From Desulfobacula sp. (lineage in GTDB: Bacteria > Desulfobacterota > Desulfobacteria > Desulfobacterales > Desulfobacteraceae), in assembly GCA_012031875.1 (NCBI GenBank), contig JAAUSZ010000001.1, positions 12,564-76,563 on the forward strand: a stretch of 64,000 nt of DNA, given 5' to 3'. Positions 32,730 to 43,572 of the stretch are shown piece by piece (position 1 is the stretch's first letter; each line of letters opens with the position of its first letter). The position numbers were made by a program, and so were the translations under genes. The notes below the pieces were generated by a model. That model did no database searches and was not told the DNA's origin. It saw only the letters and a list, made by a program, of their open reading frames with translations.

Positions 32730-35700
32730 ATGAAACTCAATCGAAGGGACTTTATCAAAATTTCCGGGGCCACGGCAGCCGGGATAGCCGTCAGCGGTCT
32801 CGGGTTCGACCTGAAACCGGTCAAGGCCCATGCGGGTATGCTGAAAACCCGGTACGCCAAGGAAACCACGAGCATCTGCTGCTACTGCGCCGTGGGGTGC
32901 GGACTCATCGTCCACACCAGCAACCGGGGAGACGGCAGGGTCATCAATATCGAAGGCGACCCGGACCATGTAATCAACCAGGGGGCCCTGTGCTCCAAAG
33001 GGTCATCCATCAAGCAGCTCACGGAAAATGAAAACCGGCTCACCGAACCCATGTACCGGGCGCCCATTCCGACCACTGGCAGAAGGTCTCCTGGGACTGG
33101 GCCCTGTCCCAGATCACGGACCGGGTGAAAAAAACCCGGGATGCGAATTTTGAAACCGCCAACGCCAAGGGCCAGACCGTCAACCGGACCACCCGCATCG
33201 CCTCAGTGGGATCTGCAGCCATGGATAACGAAGAATGCTGGATCTACCAGGCCCTGATGAGGTCTTTGGGGCTGGTCTATATCGAACACCAGGCCAGGAT
33301 CTGACACAGCGCTACTGTAGCGGCTCTGGCAGAGTCGTTTGGACGCGGTGCAATGACCAACCACTGGATCGATCTGAAGAACAGCGATTGCATCCTTATT
33401 ATGGGCAGCAATGCAGCGGAAAACCACCCCATCTCCTTTAAATACATCACCCAGGCCCAGGAAAAAGGGGGAAAGGTCATCAGTGTGGACCCAAGATTCA
33501 CAAGAACCTCATCCAAGGCCGATATCTATGCGCCCCTGAGATCAGGGACGGATATCGCCTTTCTCGGCGGCATGATCCGGTATATCCTGGAAAACAACCT
33601 TTACAACAAAGAGTATACGGAAAACTACACCAATGCAGGCTTTCTCGTAAACAAGAACTTCGGGTTCAAGGACGGGCTTTTTTCAGGATATAAAAAGAAC
33701 GAGGAAGGGCCTGCCCTGGGAAGCTATGACAAGTCCACCTGGACCTTTGACATGGACGAAAAGGGGGCACCCCGCGTGGACCGGACCCTCACGGACAAGC
33801 AATCGGTTTTCCAGCTTTTGAAAACCCATTACAGCCGGTATGATCTCGACACGGTATCCTCGGTCACGGGGACCTCCAAGGAAGATCTGTTAACGGTCTA
33901 TAAGACCTATGCCGCCACGGGCGCCGCGGGAAAAGCCGGCACCATCATGTATGCCATGGGCTGGACCCAGCACACCGTCGGGGTCCAGATCATCCGGACC
34001 ATGTCCATGATCCAGCTCCTTCTCGGGAATATGGGTGTGGCCGGCGGCGGGGTCAATGCCCTGAGAGGAGAATCCAATGTCCAGGGGTCCACGGACCAGG
34101 CCCTGCTCTGGCACATCCTGCCCGGATACCTGAAAATCCCCTCTTCATCCCTGGATACTCTGGAGGCCTATAACACCAAATGGACCCCCAAGAGCAACGA
34201 CCCCTTATCCGCCAACTGGTGGCAGAATTACCCCAAATATTCCGTCAGCCTTTTGAAGTCCTTTTTTGGTGAAAAAGGAACAAAGGACAACCAGTTCGGA
34301 TACAATTGGCTGCCCAAGGCCGAAGACGGCAAGTCTTATTCCTGGTTTGATATCTTTGATGCCATGTACAAAAAGGAGATCAAGGGATTTTTTGCCTGGG
34401 GCATGAACCCGGCCTGCTCCGGCTCCAATGTGCAGAAAGTCAGGGAGGCCTTGGGGAATCTGGACTGGCTGGTCAATGTCAACCTCTTTGACAATGAAAC
34501 CGGGTCCTTCTGGAAGGGACCGGGCATGGATCCCTCGAAAATCGGGACCGAGGTCTTCATGCTGCCGGCGGCGGCCTCCGTTGAAAAGGAAGGCTCCGTC
34601 AGCAATTCGGGAAGATGGATGCAGTGGCGCTACCGGGGCCCCAAGCCCCTGGGCAACAGCAGGCCCGACGGAGACATCATCCTGGAACTGGGCCGGCGGT
34701 TTAAAGAAGCCTATACATCCGACGGCGTATTTAAGGAGCCCATCCTGAATTTAAAATGGGATTATGACACCCATGGAGAATTTGATGCCCACAAGGTGGC
34801 CAAGGAGATCAACGGCTATTTCCTGGAAGATGTCAAGATCGGCGAAACCGTCTACAAAAAAGGCACCCTGGTGCCGGGCTTTGCCAATCTTCAGGCCAAC
34901 GGCTCCACCTCTTCGGGCAACTGGGTATACTGCGCCTCCTATACGGACAAAGGCAATATGGCGGCCAGGAGAAGCAACAAGGACGCCCCCAACAATATCG
35001 GCCTCTATCCTGAATTTGCCTGGGCCTGGCCCGTCAACCGGAGGATCATCTACAACCGGGCATCGGTGGATCCCAAGGGCCGGCCCTATGATGAAAAAGA
35101 CTGGGTCATCAAATTCGCGGGAGAGGAAAAGGACGGGAAATACACCACCAGCAAATGGGTGGGCGATATCCCGGACGGCCCCTGGTATCCCCTCCGGAAC
35201 CCGGACGGCACCCAGCGGGAGGACGGCAAACATCCGTTTATCATGACCACCCACGGCCATGGCCAGATCTTTGGGCCGGGCCTCGCGGACGGCCCCTTCC
35301 CCGAGCATTACGAGCCCATTGAATGCCCGGTTGAAAAGAATCTGTTCAGTTCCCGGATGGTGAACCCCACGGCCGTTGTTTACGGCACCAAGGCCGACAC
35401 CCATGCCACCTGTGACCCGAGATTCCCCTTTGTGGGCACCACCTACCGGGTATCCGAGCATTGGCAGACCGGCCTCATGACCCGGCCCCAGGAATGGCTC
35501 CTGGAACTTGAGCCCAATGTCTTCGTGGAAATGAGCGAGGAACTGGCCAAACTCAAGGGCATAACCAATGGAGAGCGGGTAAGGGTGAGCAGCGCGAGGG
35601 GCGCACTGGAGTGCACCGCCATCGTGACCAAACGGTTCCGACCGTTTAAAATCGGCTATGCAACGGTCCACCAGGTGGGAATTCCCTGGCATTACGGCTG

Positions 35701-35818
35701 GCGCTGGCCTGAAACGGGAACCGAAGAAAGCGCCAACCTTCTGACCCCCTCGGCCGGTGATCCCAATACCCGGATTCCAGAAACCAAGGCCTTTATGGTC
35801 AATGTGGCAAAGCTTTAA
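32730..35818 (+). CDS. fdhA: Periplasmic formate dehydrogenase alpha subunit, selenocysteine-containing (frameshift near 33063; Sec TGA 33302-33304)
   Basis: Tat signal NRRDFIK, CCYCAVGC...LCSKG, IEHQARI-U-HSATV, FGRGAMTNHW, LRGESNVQG. Confidence 0.95.
33305..33350 (+). promoter_or_regulatory. Bacterial SECIS element
   Basis: Apical stem GCGGCTC-TGGCA-GAGTCGT (33320-33338) starting 16 nt after the in-frame TGA, G-containing loop, lower stem CAC.GCG/CGC.GTG. Confidence 0.8.
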
Positions 35819-35829
35819 AGGAGAAGACC

Positions 35830-36543
35830 ATGACCAAATCAATTTTTGTCGATACAACCGTATGTACGGCGTGCAGGGGCTGTCAGGTGTCATGCAAGCA
35901 ATGGCATGACCTGCCCGCGGAAAAAACCAAAAACATGGGGAGTCACCAGAATCCCCAGGATCTCTCCTTTTTTACCTACAAGCTTGTCCGGATGAGGGAA
36001 GAGATCCTTGACAATAAGCTCCAGTGGCTGTTTTTCCCGGATCAGTGCCGGCATTGCGTGGATGCGCCCTGCCTGGCCACCGCATTCAACGAGGAAGCCA
36101 TTTATCAGGACCCGGCCACCGGGGCCATCCTGTATACAAAGGAAACCCAAAAGCTGACGGCCGATGAAATCATCGGTTCCTGTCCGTATAACATCCCCCG
36201 GAAAGCCGAAGACGGCACCCTGGCCAAATGCGATATGTGCAACGACCGGGTCCACAACGGACTAAAACCGGCCTGTGTGACCACCTGCCCCACCGGCGCC
36301 ATGAATTTCGGAGACCGGGAGGAAATGCTGGCCCTGGCCAAGAGCCGTCTTGATACCGTCAAGGCAAAATTCCCCAAGGCCACACTCCTGAACCCGGACG
36401 AAGTCAACGTCATCTATCTGGTGGCCTTTGATCCCAAATTCTATTCGGAATATGCCGTGGCAAGCTCGGGCAGAGGCGGCCTGAGCCGCGGCGTGGCCCT
36501 CAGGAAAATGATGGGCCCCCTTGCCAAAATGATGCGGGTATAG
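35830..36543 (+). CDS. fdhB: Formate dehydrogenase Fe-S beta subunit
   Basis: CTACRGCQVSCKQW, CRHCVDAPC, KCDMCNDR...PACVTTCP. Confidence 0.93.
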   Translation: MTKSIFVDTTVCTACRGCQVSCKQWHDLPAEKTKNMGSHQNPQDLSFFTYKLVRMREEILDNKLQWLFFPDQCRHCVDAPCLATAFNEEAIYQDPATGAILYTKETQKLTADEIIGSCPYNIPRKAEDGTLAKCDMCNDRVHNGLKPACVTTCPTGAMNFGDREEMLALAKSRLDTVKAKFPKATLLNPDEVNVIYLVAFDPKFYSEYAVASSGRGGLSRGVALRKMMGPLAKMMRV

Positions 36544-36555
36544 CATATTGACCCT

Positions 36556-36586
36556 GCCGCCCGGGAATTTTTTCCCGGGCGGCTTT
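36556..36586 (+). terminator. Strong hairpin after fdhB (partial terminator or mRNA stabiliser)
   Basis: GCCGCCCGGGAA-TTTT-TTCCCGGGCGGC followed by only TTT. Confidence 0.6.
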
Positions 36587-36600
36587 CAAGGATAATAAAA

Positions 36601-37476
36601 ATGAAGACCTTAGACCAATTGCAACAGACCGCTCGGACCATTACCAATCTGCGGCCCGCGTATCGGGAAATTCTTGATTTTTACAAAGAGGTGTTCAGGG
36701 TCCAGGAAGAAAGCCTCAAAGATATCCAGCTTCCCCCCATCATGATTGAACCCGGTCTTTTAAAAATAAAACAGAAAAACGAACTTCCCCTTATTGACCC
36801 GTCCGAGTTTCTCATCGATCTGAAAGCCGCGGCCCGAACCTTTGCCGATATCTGCGGCCTGGCCCAGGCCCTTGCTCCCGGACTCTCCGCCAATGCCCGG
36901 TTCCTGGAAAAAGCCCTGTCCCGGACGGCCTTTGACCTTGAAGCCCTGTTTTGCGCCCTTCTCAACCGCCATGAAAAGGCTGTCCAGGATATATCCCGGC
37001 TTTTGGATGTGCCGGCTGCCGAACTTTCCCTCTTCGGGTATCTGAGCATGGCCCCCAGCATCAGGGCCTGCCGGGAGCAGCTTGAAATTTATCTGGCCGG
37101 TATGCCCGAGCTTCAAAAAGGCTATTGCCCCGTCTGCGGCAACCCCCCGGACCTGGGGTTCCTGGACCAGGACGGCGGGCAGCACCTGCACTGCTCGTTT
37201 TGCAGCCATGAATGGAAATCCGGAAGAATGGGCTGCGTTTTCTGCAAAAACAATTCAAAAGACATGCAGCACTATTTTTTCAATGAAGAGGAAAAGGAAT
37301 ACCGGGTCAGGCTCTGCGATCATTGCCACCGGTTTATCAAGCTGGTGGACTTAAGGCAGATGGACCGGGAATTTTTCCCTGATCTTGAAAGGATTGCAAC
37401 CCTTCATCTTGACATGCAGGCAAGGGAAAAAGGATATATCAACGAAGGAGCAGCCGGAAATGAGGCCTATCACTGA
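36601..37476 (+). CDS. fdhE: Formate dehydrogenase accessory protein
   Basis: CPVCG, CSFC...W, CVFC, CDHC...K, ATLHLD. Confidence 0.92.
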   Translation: MKTLDQLQQTARTITNLRPAYREILDFYKEVFRVQEESLKDIQLPPIMIEPGLLKIKQKNELPLIDPSEFLIDLKAAARTFADICGLAQALAPGLSANARFLEKALSRTAFDLEALFCALLNRHEKAVQDISRLLDVPAAELSLFGYLSMAPSIRACREQLEIYLAGMPELQKGYCPVCGNPPDLGFLDQDGGQHLHCSFCSHEWKSGRMGCVFCKNNSKDMQHYFFNEEEKEYRVRLCDHCHRFIKLVDLRQMDREFFPDLERIATLHLDMQAREKGYINEGAAGNEAYH

Positions 37477-38041
37477 TCCAACCGCCCGGATTTTCATCTT
37501 CCTGCTTCTTTGGGCAGGGATCTTCTTCCACGGCCCCGGATTTTGCGAAGAAACCGGGGAAAACCTGGATTTTCTTCTGCCTGGTCCGGATACCCCCCTT
37601 CATCAACAATACCTGGGCCTTTCAACGGACGCGCCCTTTTCCCTGGGGCAGATCCGGGCCCGGGTGGTCATTGTTGAAATTTTTTCCATGTACTGCCCGG
37701 TGTGCCAGCGGGAAGCCGGGAATATCAATGCCCTGTTCCGGCTGATTCAATCCAACCCGGCCCTGAAGGACAAGGTAAAGCTCATCGGTATCGGCGCGGG
37801 CAATTCAGCCTTTGAAGTGGATTTTTTCAGGAAAACCTATAATATTGAATTCCCCCTATTCAGCGACACGGATTTTTCCATCCATAAAAAAATCGGAGAG
37901 GTCCGGACTCCCCATTTCTTCGGCCTTTCCCTGACGGAGGGCGGCGGTTTCTCGGTTTTTTTTACGGGAACCGGTGATCCCTCAACCCCTGAAACCTTTC
38001 TTCAAAGCCTATTAAAGGCTTCCGGGATAAACGAAAACTAA
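37460..38041 (+). CDS. Exported TlpA/redoxin-family thiol-disulfide oxidoreductase
   Basis: Signal/TM segment, EIFSMYCPVCQ, FPLFSD, RTPHF; overlaps fdhE. Confidence 0.8.
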   Translation: MRPITDPTARIFIFLLLWAGIFFHGPGFCEETGENLDFLLPGPDTPLHQQYLGLSTDAPFSLGQIRARVVIVEIFSMYCPVCQREAGNINALFRLIQSNPALKDKVKLIGIGAGNSAFEVDFFRKTYNIEFPLFSDTDFSIHKKIGEVRTPHFFGLSLTEGGGFSVFFTGTGDPSTPETFLQSLLKASGINEN

Positions 38042-38641
38042 TGGCCTCCCTTTTCAAGCCGCTCTTTTTGTCCTTCTTTCTTTTTTTTTTGTTTTACAGG
38101 ATCAGGCCTTTGCGAGTCCGGGGCCTTTGGAAACAAAATCCTTGATCCGGGTCCCTTAAAACCCGTGGACAGTGTGCTGAAGGTCAAAACCGGGGACAAG
38201 GCCCCGGTTTTTAACCTGATTTCCGTCACAGGCCTGGAAGTTCGCCTCAGCAGTTATCTCGGCCGGAAAAATGTGATGCTGACCTTTATTCCCGCGGCCT
38301 GGACCCCGGTCTGTTCCAACCAGTGGCCCGGCTATAATATTGCCGAGCCCTTGTTCCGGCAATACAACACGGTCCTCATCGGCATCAGCACAGACCCTTT
38401 GCCCACGCTTTTTGCATGGACCCGGGAGATGGGGGGACTCTGGTTTGATGTGGTATCGGATTTTTGGCCCCACGGGGCCGTGAGCGATACTTACGGGGTC
38501 CTGCGGTCCGACGGAACCGCGGATCGGGCCATCATCCTCATTGACAAAGAGGGCCTCATCCGGTTCATCCATGTGGGGGATATCAATCTTCGGCCGGATC
38601 TGGGGATGCTGGTCCGGGAAATGCAGAACCTTAATCCCTGA
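38041..38641 (+). CDS. Exported peroxiredoxin-like (AhpC/TSA, AhpE-like) protein (frameshift in poly-T of signal peptide)
   Basis: TAATG coupling; GDKAP.F, PAAWTPVC, SDFWPHGAVS..YGV, RAIILIDKEG. Confidence 0.8.
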
Positions 38642-39335
38642 GCTGCTTCTGCAAGAAATCCGGTGTTTTTTCAATATAGATCCGGGTGGTCATGGCGCCG
38701 GTGGTCCTGCCGTTGGTGCCCGTGGCCGTGATCTCGTGTTCGCCGACGGAAGGCCGGATACCGATCGTCCGGCCTGTGCCGAGGGTTCCGTCCACACTGC
38801 TGGTCCAGACCAGGGTATGGGAAAAATCCCCCTGGACCGACAGGGCCACCCCTTCAAGCTGGATGGGAAAATCCGAGGTATAGAAATACTGGCCGTACCG
38901 GGGGGTCCGGATAAAGACCTCGGTAGAATCATCCCCTTCAATATCAATATCCTTTGACAACTGCATATATTCGTCCAGTTGGATTTTCGGGATAAAATCC
39001 AGTTTTTTCTTCAGATAAAAAAGCCGGATTTCCTTTTTGATCTCCGGCAGGTTTTTATAGTCCGGCTGCCCGTGGGTATTAAAGAGTTTGATGATGTCCA
39101 CGGCCTTCTCATATTCATGGGACGTATATAGGGCCTGCAATTCCCGGTAATGATCTTCCATATGAAGGGTGAATTCCTGCCTGGCCCTTTCTTTTTGCTC
39201 CTCTTCAGCATTTTTTTTCGTGGATTCGGCCTTGATGTCCACCATGAGCCGGAAGATCAGGTTGAGCAGGACAAAGAAAAAAACCGATAAGATCATCGCC
39301 AGTTGAATGGAATATCTTGTTTTCCGGGAAAGCAT
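38631..39335 (-). CDS. Hypothetical membrane-anchored protein with C-terminal Ig-like beta domain
   Basis: N-terminal TM; LVWTSSVDGTLGTG...GEHEITAT. Confidence 0.7.
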   Translation of the reverse strand: MLSRKTRYSIQLAMILSVFFFVLLNLIFRLMVDIKAESTKKNAEEEQKERARQEFTLHMEDHYRELQALYTSHEYEKAVDIIKLFNTHGQPDYKNLPEIKKEIRLFYLKKKLDFIPKIQLDEYMQLSKDIDIEGDDSTEVFIRTPRYGQYFYTSDFPIQLEGVALSVQGDFSHTLVWTSSVDGTLGTGRTIGIRPSVGEHEITATGTNGRTTGAMTTRIYIEKTPDFLQKQLRD

Positions 39336-39371
39336 GGCCAGGGACTCCTCTTTAAGATTTTTCAGTTTTTT

Positions 39372-42300
39372 TTAACGGGACATGATTTTATCATAGATAT
39401 GGAATATTTCCTTGTCCGGCTCGGTCCCAAGTTCGTTCCTGAACACCAGGAGGCAGGTTTCAAACACCTCCCTGGCCTTGTTTCTCCGGCCGGAATCCGC
39501 ATACAGGATCATGAGGTTCTGATAGGCGGTTTCAGAATAGGGCTCCGTATCCAGGATGCGCTGCCAGGTGTCCACGGCCTTCTGGATCTGATCCAGTTCT
39601 TCGTGGAGCCTTGCTTTTTTTTCCAGCACCTCGATATATTTGGCCCGCAGCAGGTCCCTTTTTCTCAGGATCCATTCCATATAGGGCTCTTCCGCAAAAT
39701 AATCCCCCTTATACAGTTCCGCGGCCCTGTCATATAATTCAAGGGCTGCGTCCAGATTGTTGTTCTTTTCGTTTTCCGCGGCCCGGACGCCCAGGCAGAG
39801 AAATTCATCCACATCCAGGGTGACCAGCACCGGGTCAAGGGACACCAGCCCGGCCTTCTGGACGATATAGGAATAGCCGAACTCCTTTTTCACCTCGGGT
39901 TCCATGGCCTTTCTTAAGCGGTGAAGATTGATCTTGAAATTTTTCTCGCCTGAGGCTGAATCGGCATCGGGCCACAGATCATCCATCAGGATTTCCTTGG
40001 GAATATCCCGGGACCCGTGGAGTACAATGGATTTGAGCAAAAGCAGCGGCCTTGCCCCCTCAAAAATCCTGCCGTCCAACACCTTCCGGCCGCAAAGGAT
40101 ATTGAACCGGCCAAGGGTTTCAATCCGGATGACGGGCAGCAGGGATTTATACAGGGGTCTCAGGTTTTCGACCACCTTCTCCCTTTCCCCGGGTCTGACC
40201 GATGAGAGGATCCGGTCCATTTCCTCCATTACCCCCAGGCCGTCCCCTTTCAGATCCGGGGGACCGCATCAGGGCCTCTCCCGGAAAATCCCCCCCAAAG
40301 GCCGCCCCGGTTACAAAGGCCCTGACCATGATTCTCCCACTGATCAGAGGGAAAAACACATAGCCTTCCCGGGAAGCGATTTCCAGGCCCCGGCGGATCA
40401 GGCCCAGGGCCCGGGGCTTGTCCCTTTGCTCCCGGGCGATGAGCCCGGAGACCAGATGGTTTTCCGCACAATTCAAATCCGACGAGATGCTTTCAAAATA
40501 TTCCCGGGCGGGCCGCAAAAAACCCTCAGCCCCTGCAAAATCTCCGGTTTCAAAATAAATGACCCCGGCCAGTTGCTGGGTCAGAAAATGATGGATATCC
40601 CTTTTCTCAATTGGTCCAGGGCCTCCAGGGCCTTTTGGATTTCCAGGGCCGCATCCTTGCTTTTTCCCTGCTTGAAAAACTTAAGGCCTTGACCCGGTGG
40701 GCGATGCCCTTGTAAAAATCATTGCCTTCCAGGATGGAAAAATCATTCAGATGGTCTGCCATCCGGGAGGCTTCCTCATACCGGCCCGTATACACCCGGT
40801 ACAAGGCCCCGGCTTCCACCAGGCTCGGGTAAAGGAAAATCAATCCGAATTTCTCTATGTCCTGTTCCGACTTCATCAGAAGATCCCCGGCATCGTCAAA
40901 CCGGCCGCTTTTCAGGGCAAAATCAATATCCACAATATTTTTCAAGGCCCTGAACTCAGGATGCCGCCCCTCCCTTGTCATTCCCCTGATCTTGACCAAA
41001 AGCTGCCTTGCCCTGGCGAAATCACCGGCCTGGACATGGCCGAAGGCCATGGTGATGGAGGCGTGAAGCACCAGATCCGGGTTGTTGATCTTGGTTCCCA
41101 GGAGGACCGCATTTTGGCAGGCGGAAATCCCTTTGGGGAGATTCCCGTCCCCGGCCATGTAGCCCAGGCCCATCTGTTGCCACAAAAGCCCCCTGGCCCA
41201 GGTAAACCGCTCTTTTCCAGGCATGGAGGACAGATAATGCTCGGCTTTTTGGATCCATTTGAGAATCACTGAAGACGGCTCCCGGATAAAGACCGCGGCC
41301 TCGATGAGGTAACCTGTGGTCAGCAGGACACCCCGGATGTCCCCCATTTCTTCAAACAGGGTCAGGGCCTTTTGAAAATCCCGGATATTTTTTTTCCCTC
41401 CCCTGATCCGCCGGGTCATGGTCAAAAAGAAAATCAGCCAGGGATCGCTCCGGACCATGGGGTCGGGAAGACAGGAAATCCACCGTTCAAGCCCGGACAT
41501 CTTTCCCTTGATCATATAATCCGCACCCTTGATCCTGAGAATACGGATAATATCCGAAAAGGCCCCGGCCTTCATGAAATATTTCATGGCCGCTTCAGGG
41601 TCCTTCTTTTCCCAGGAAATCCGCCCGGCCTGATGATACAGGGCCTTGACCTCGTCCGGCCCCTTGGTCTGCATCAGATCCTGGAGCAGAAAATCCCGGA
41701 ACAGGTTGTGGTATTTGAATTGGGGCACAGGGGAATCCATTCTCTGGATAAAGAGGTTTCTTTTTTCAAGGCTGGATAAAATGCCGAGGCCGTCCACAGG
41801 TTCGGCAAGCCGGCCTGCCATATCCAGGTCGATGATGTCCGGAATGGCGGTGACCCTTAAAAATTCCCGGATGGGTTCGGGCAGGGTCTTGTAAATTCCG
41901 GAAATACGTACAAAGCCTAGCGGATGAAACCCGTTCCGGGAGGTTTGAAATCCCCCCGGACTGCCTCAGGGATTCCGAAACCAGGATAAGCCCCCCGGCC
42001 CAGCCGTCGGTTATCTTATGAATCCTTTCTATATCCCGCGCCCTGACCCCGTATTTCCCCTGGAAAAAAGCCGTTGTCTCATCCAGGGTAAAGGACAAGT
42101 CTTCATTTTTGAGGAAAAACCCGTGATGTTCCGTTTTCAGCCGGGGAATGCGAAAGGGCAAAACCGTCCGGGACAGGATAAAGAATTGATGGCGGTGAAA
42201 CCGGGTGTTCAGGATGCTGTTGATCATCTCAAAGCCTGAGGAGGTTTCCTCCAGGCATTCCGCATCGTCCAGGACCAGGGTGAGGGGGAAGGGGATATCC

Positions 42301-42653
42301 CTGAGCATGAGGGTCAGGCCTTCGATATACCGGGGCAGGCCTTTTTCCGCGCCCAGGGTCGTGACGGGCAGAAAATCCCCGCCCTCCTCGGCCCCCGCGC
42401 CCGGAAAATGCCTGATCCCGGTTGAAAGCCGGTCAAAGAGTTTGATATCCTCATTGTCGTCGGGACAGAGGTGAAACCAGAGGGCTTTTTTTCGGGAGGC
42501 CTGGAGATAGGAAGCCGTGAGGGTGGATTTGCCCTGGGCCGCCTGCCCGGTGATAAAGAAGTTCTGCCTGTGCGCGTACCGGTCCAGAAGGCTGAACAGC
42601 CTGGGCCGTCTGAGGACGTCCGTAATGTGGGGAGGGCCGTAGGGGCCTGTCAT
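39372..42653 (-). CDS. MalT-like STAND NTPase-TPR regulator with C-terminal OmpR-like HTH and BTAD (several frameshifts)
   Basis: RRPRL, GQAAQGKST, LVLDDA, LSFTLDE, TDGWAGGL, FKYHNLFRDFL, LWPD...LHRLRK, LYKGDYF, ELGTEP over at least 4 ORFs. Confidence 0.85.
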
Positions 42654-42673
42654 GGCAATCCTTTTTTCACGGT

Positions 42674-43408
42674 CTAATCCCTTGTGGGTGCTTCTTTAAG
42701 GGCTGCAAATTTATCGATCCCGGCCATCTGAAAAATCCTCATATAATTGTAGGACAGGTTCTCCAGGGTGACGGCAAGGTTTTTTTGTCTGAGTCTTTGT
42801 ATGGTTTCCATCAAAAGGCCGACACCGGATTTATCAATGGAAAAATCATCCTGGAAAACAAGAATCGCCTCTTTTCCAGGCCCGGAGCCCGGAGATTCCC
42901 ATAAAGGGATAAAGAGAGGCCCGGCCGACCCGCTCAGTTTCCCTTTTAAAGAAAGAATGAGGGCCCCCTCCTTTTCTTGTCCGGACATTTCAAAGGGAAG
43001 ATTCCCCGGCATCTGCCTTCTTTTCTCGGCCCTGGCAAGGGCGGAACTCAGGGCGCGACGCTCCACCGGCTTGTTGATAAAATCCGACGCGTCCAGGTCA
43101 AGGGCTTCCACTGCCTTTTCCATATCCCCATGGCCCGTGATGATAATGACTTCCGAAGCTATCCCGGTCTCCCGGATCTGGCGCAGCACCTCAAGACCTT
43201 CCAGGCCCGGCATTTTCAAATCAGTGAAGACAATTTCAGGTCTGATCTCCCGGAACAGGTCCAATCCTTTCTCACCATCTTCGGCCGTATGGACCTCATA
43301 CCCATAGGCCGTCAAAAAAAGCCGGAACATGGAAAGGGTCGGTTTTTCATCGTCAATGACAAGAATTTTCATTTTGTTTTTCCCTGGTTCGTCATCCCTG
43401 AAACCCAT
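42674..43408 (-). CDS. Response regulator with C-terminal STAS-like domain
   Basis: REC (IDDE, TDLKMPG, TGHGD, NKP) plus SIDKSGVGLL...RIFQMAGID. Confidence 0.85.
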   Translation of the reverse strand: MGFRDDEPGKNKMKILVIDDEKPTLSMFRLFLTAYGYEVHTAEDGEKGLDLFREIRPEIVFTDLKMPGLEGLEVLRQIRETGIASEVIIITGHGDMEKAVEALDLDASDFINKPVERRALSSALARAEKRRQMPGNLPFEMSGQEKEGALILSLKGKLSGSAGPLFIPLWESPGSGPGKEAILVFQDDFSIDKSGVGLLMETIQRLRQKNLAVTLENLSYNYMRIFQMAGIDKFAALKEAPTRD

Positions 43409-43444
43409 GCCCGGAACAATAAAATACACCCGGTTTTGAGTCAA
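43406..43444 (-). promoter_or_regulatory. sigma70 promoter placed for a leaderless transcript
   Basis: TTGACT-N17-TATTGT-TCCGGGC-ATG on the minus strand. Confidence 0.5.
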
Positions 43445-43572
43445 ATCCTTTTTCCATATATTTGAATTTTCCGGCAAGGATTTCCCTTGCTTCAGCCAAA
43501 GGCAAACGATATAGATCAATCCTGATAAATTTTTGAAATCAGATATCCATGATAAAATGCGGAGGGCCTGCC

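Noticed and set aside
37460-38641. Possible additional selenoproteins among the redoxins
   Set aside because: Active-site codons are TGC/TGT; no in-frame TGA
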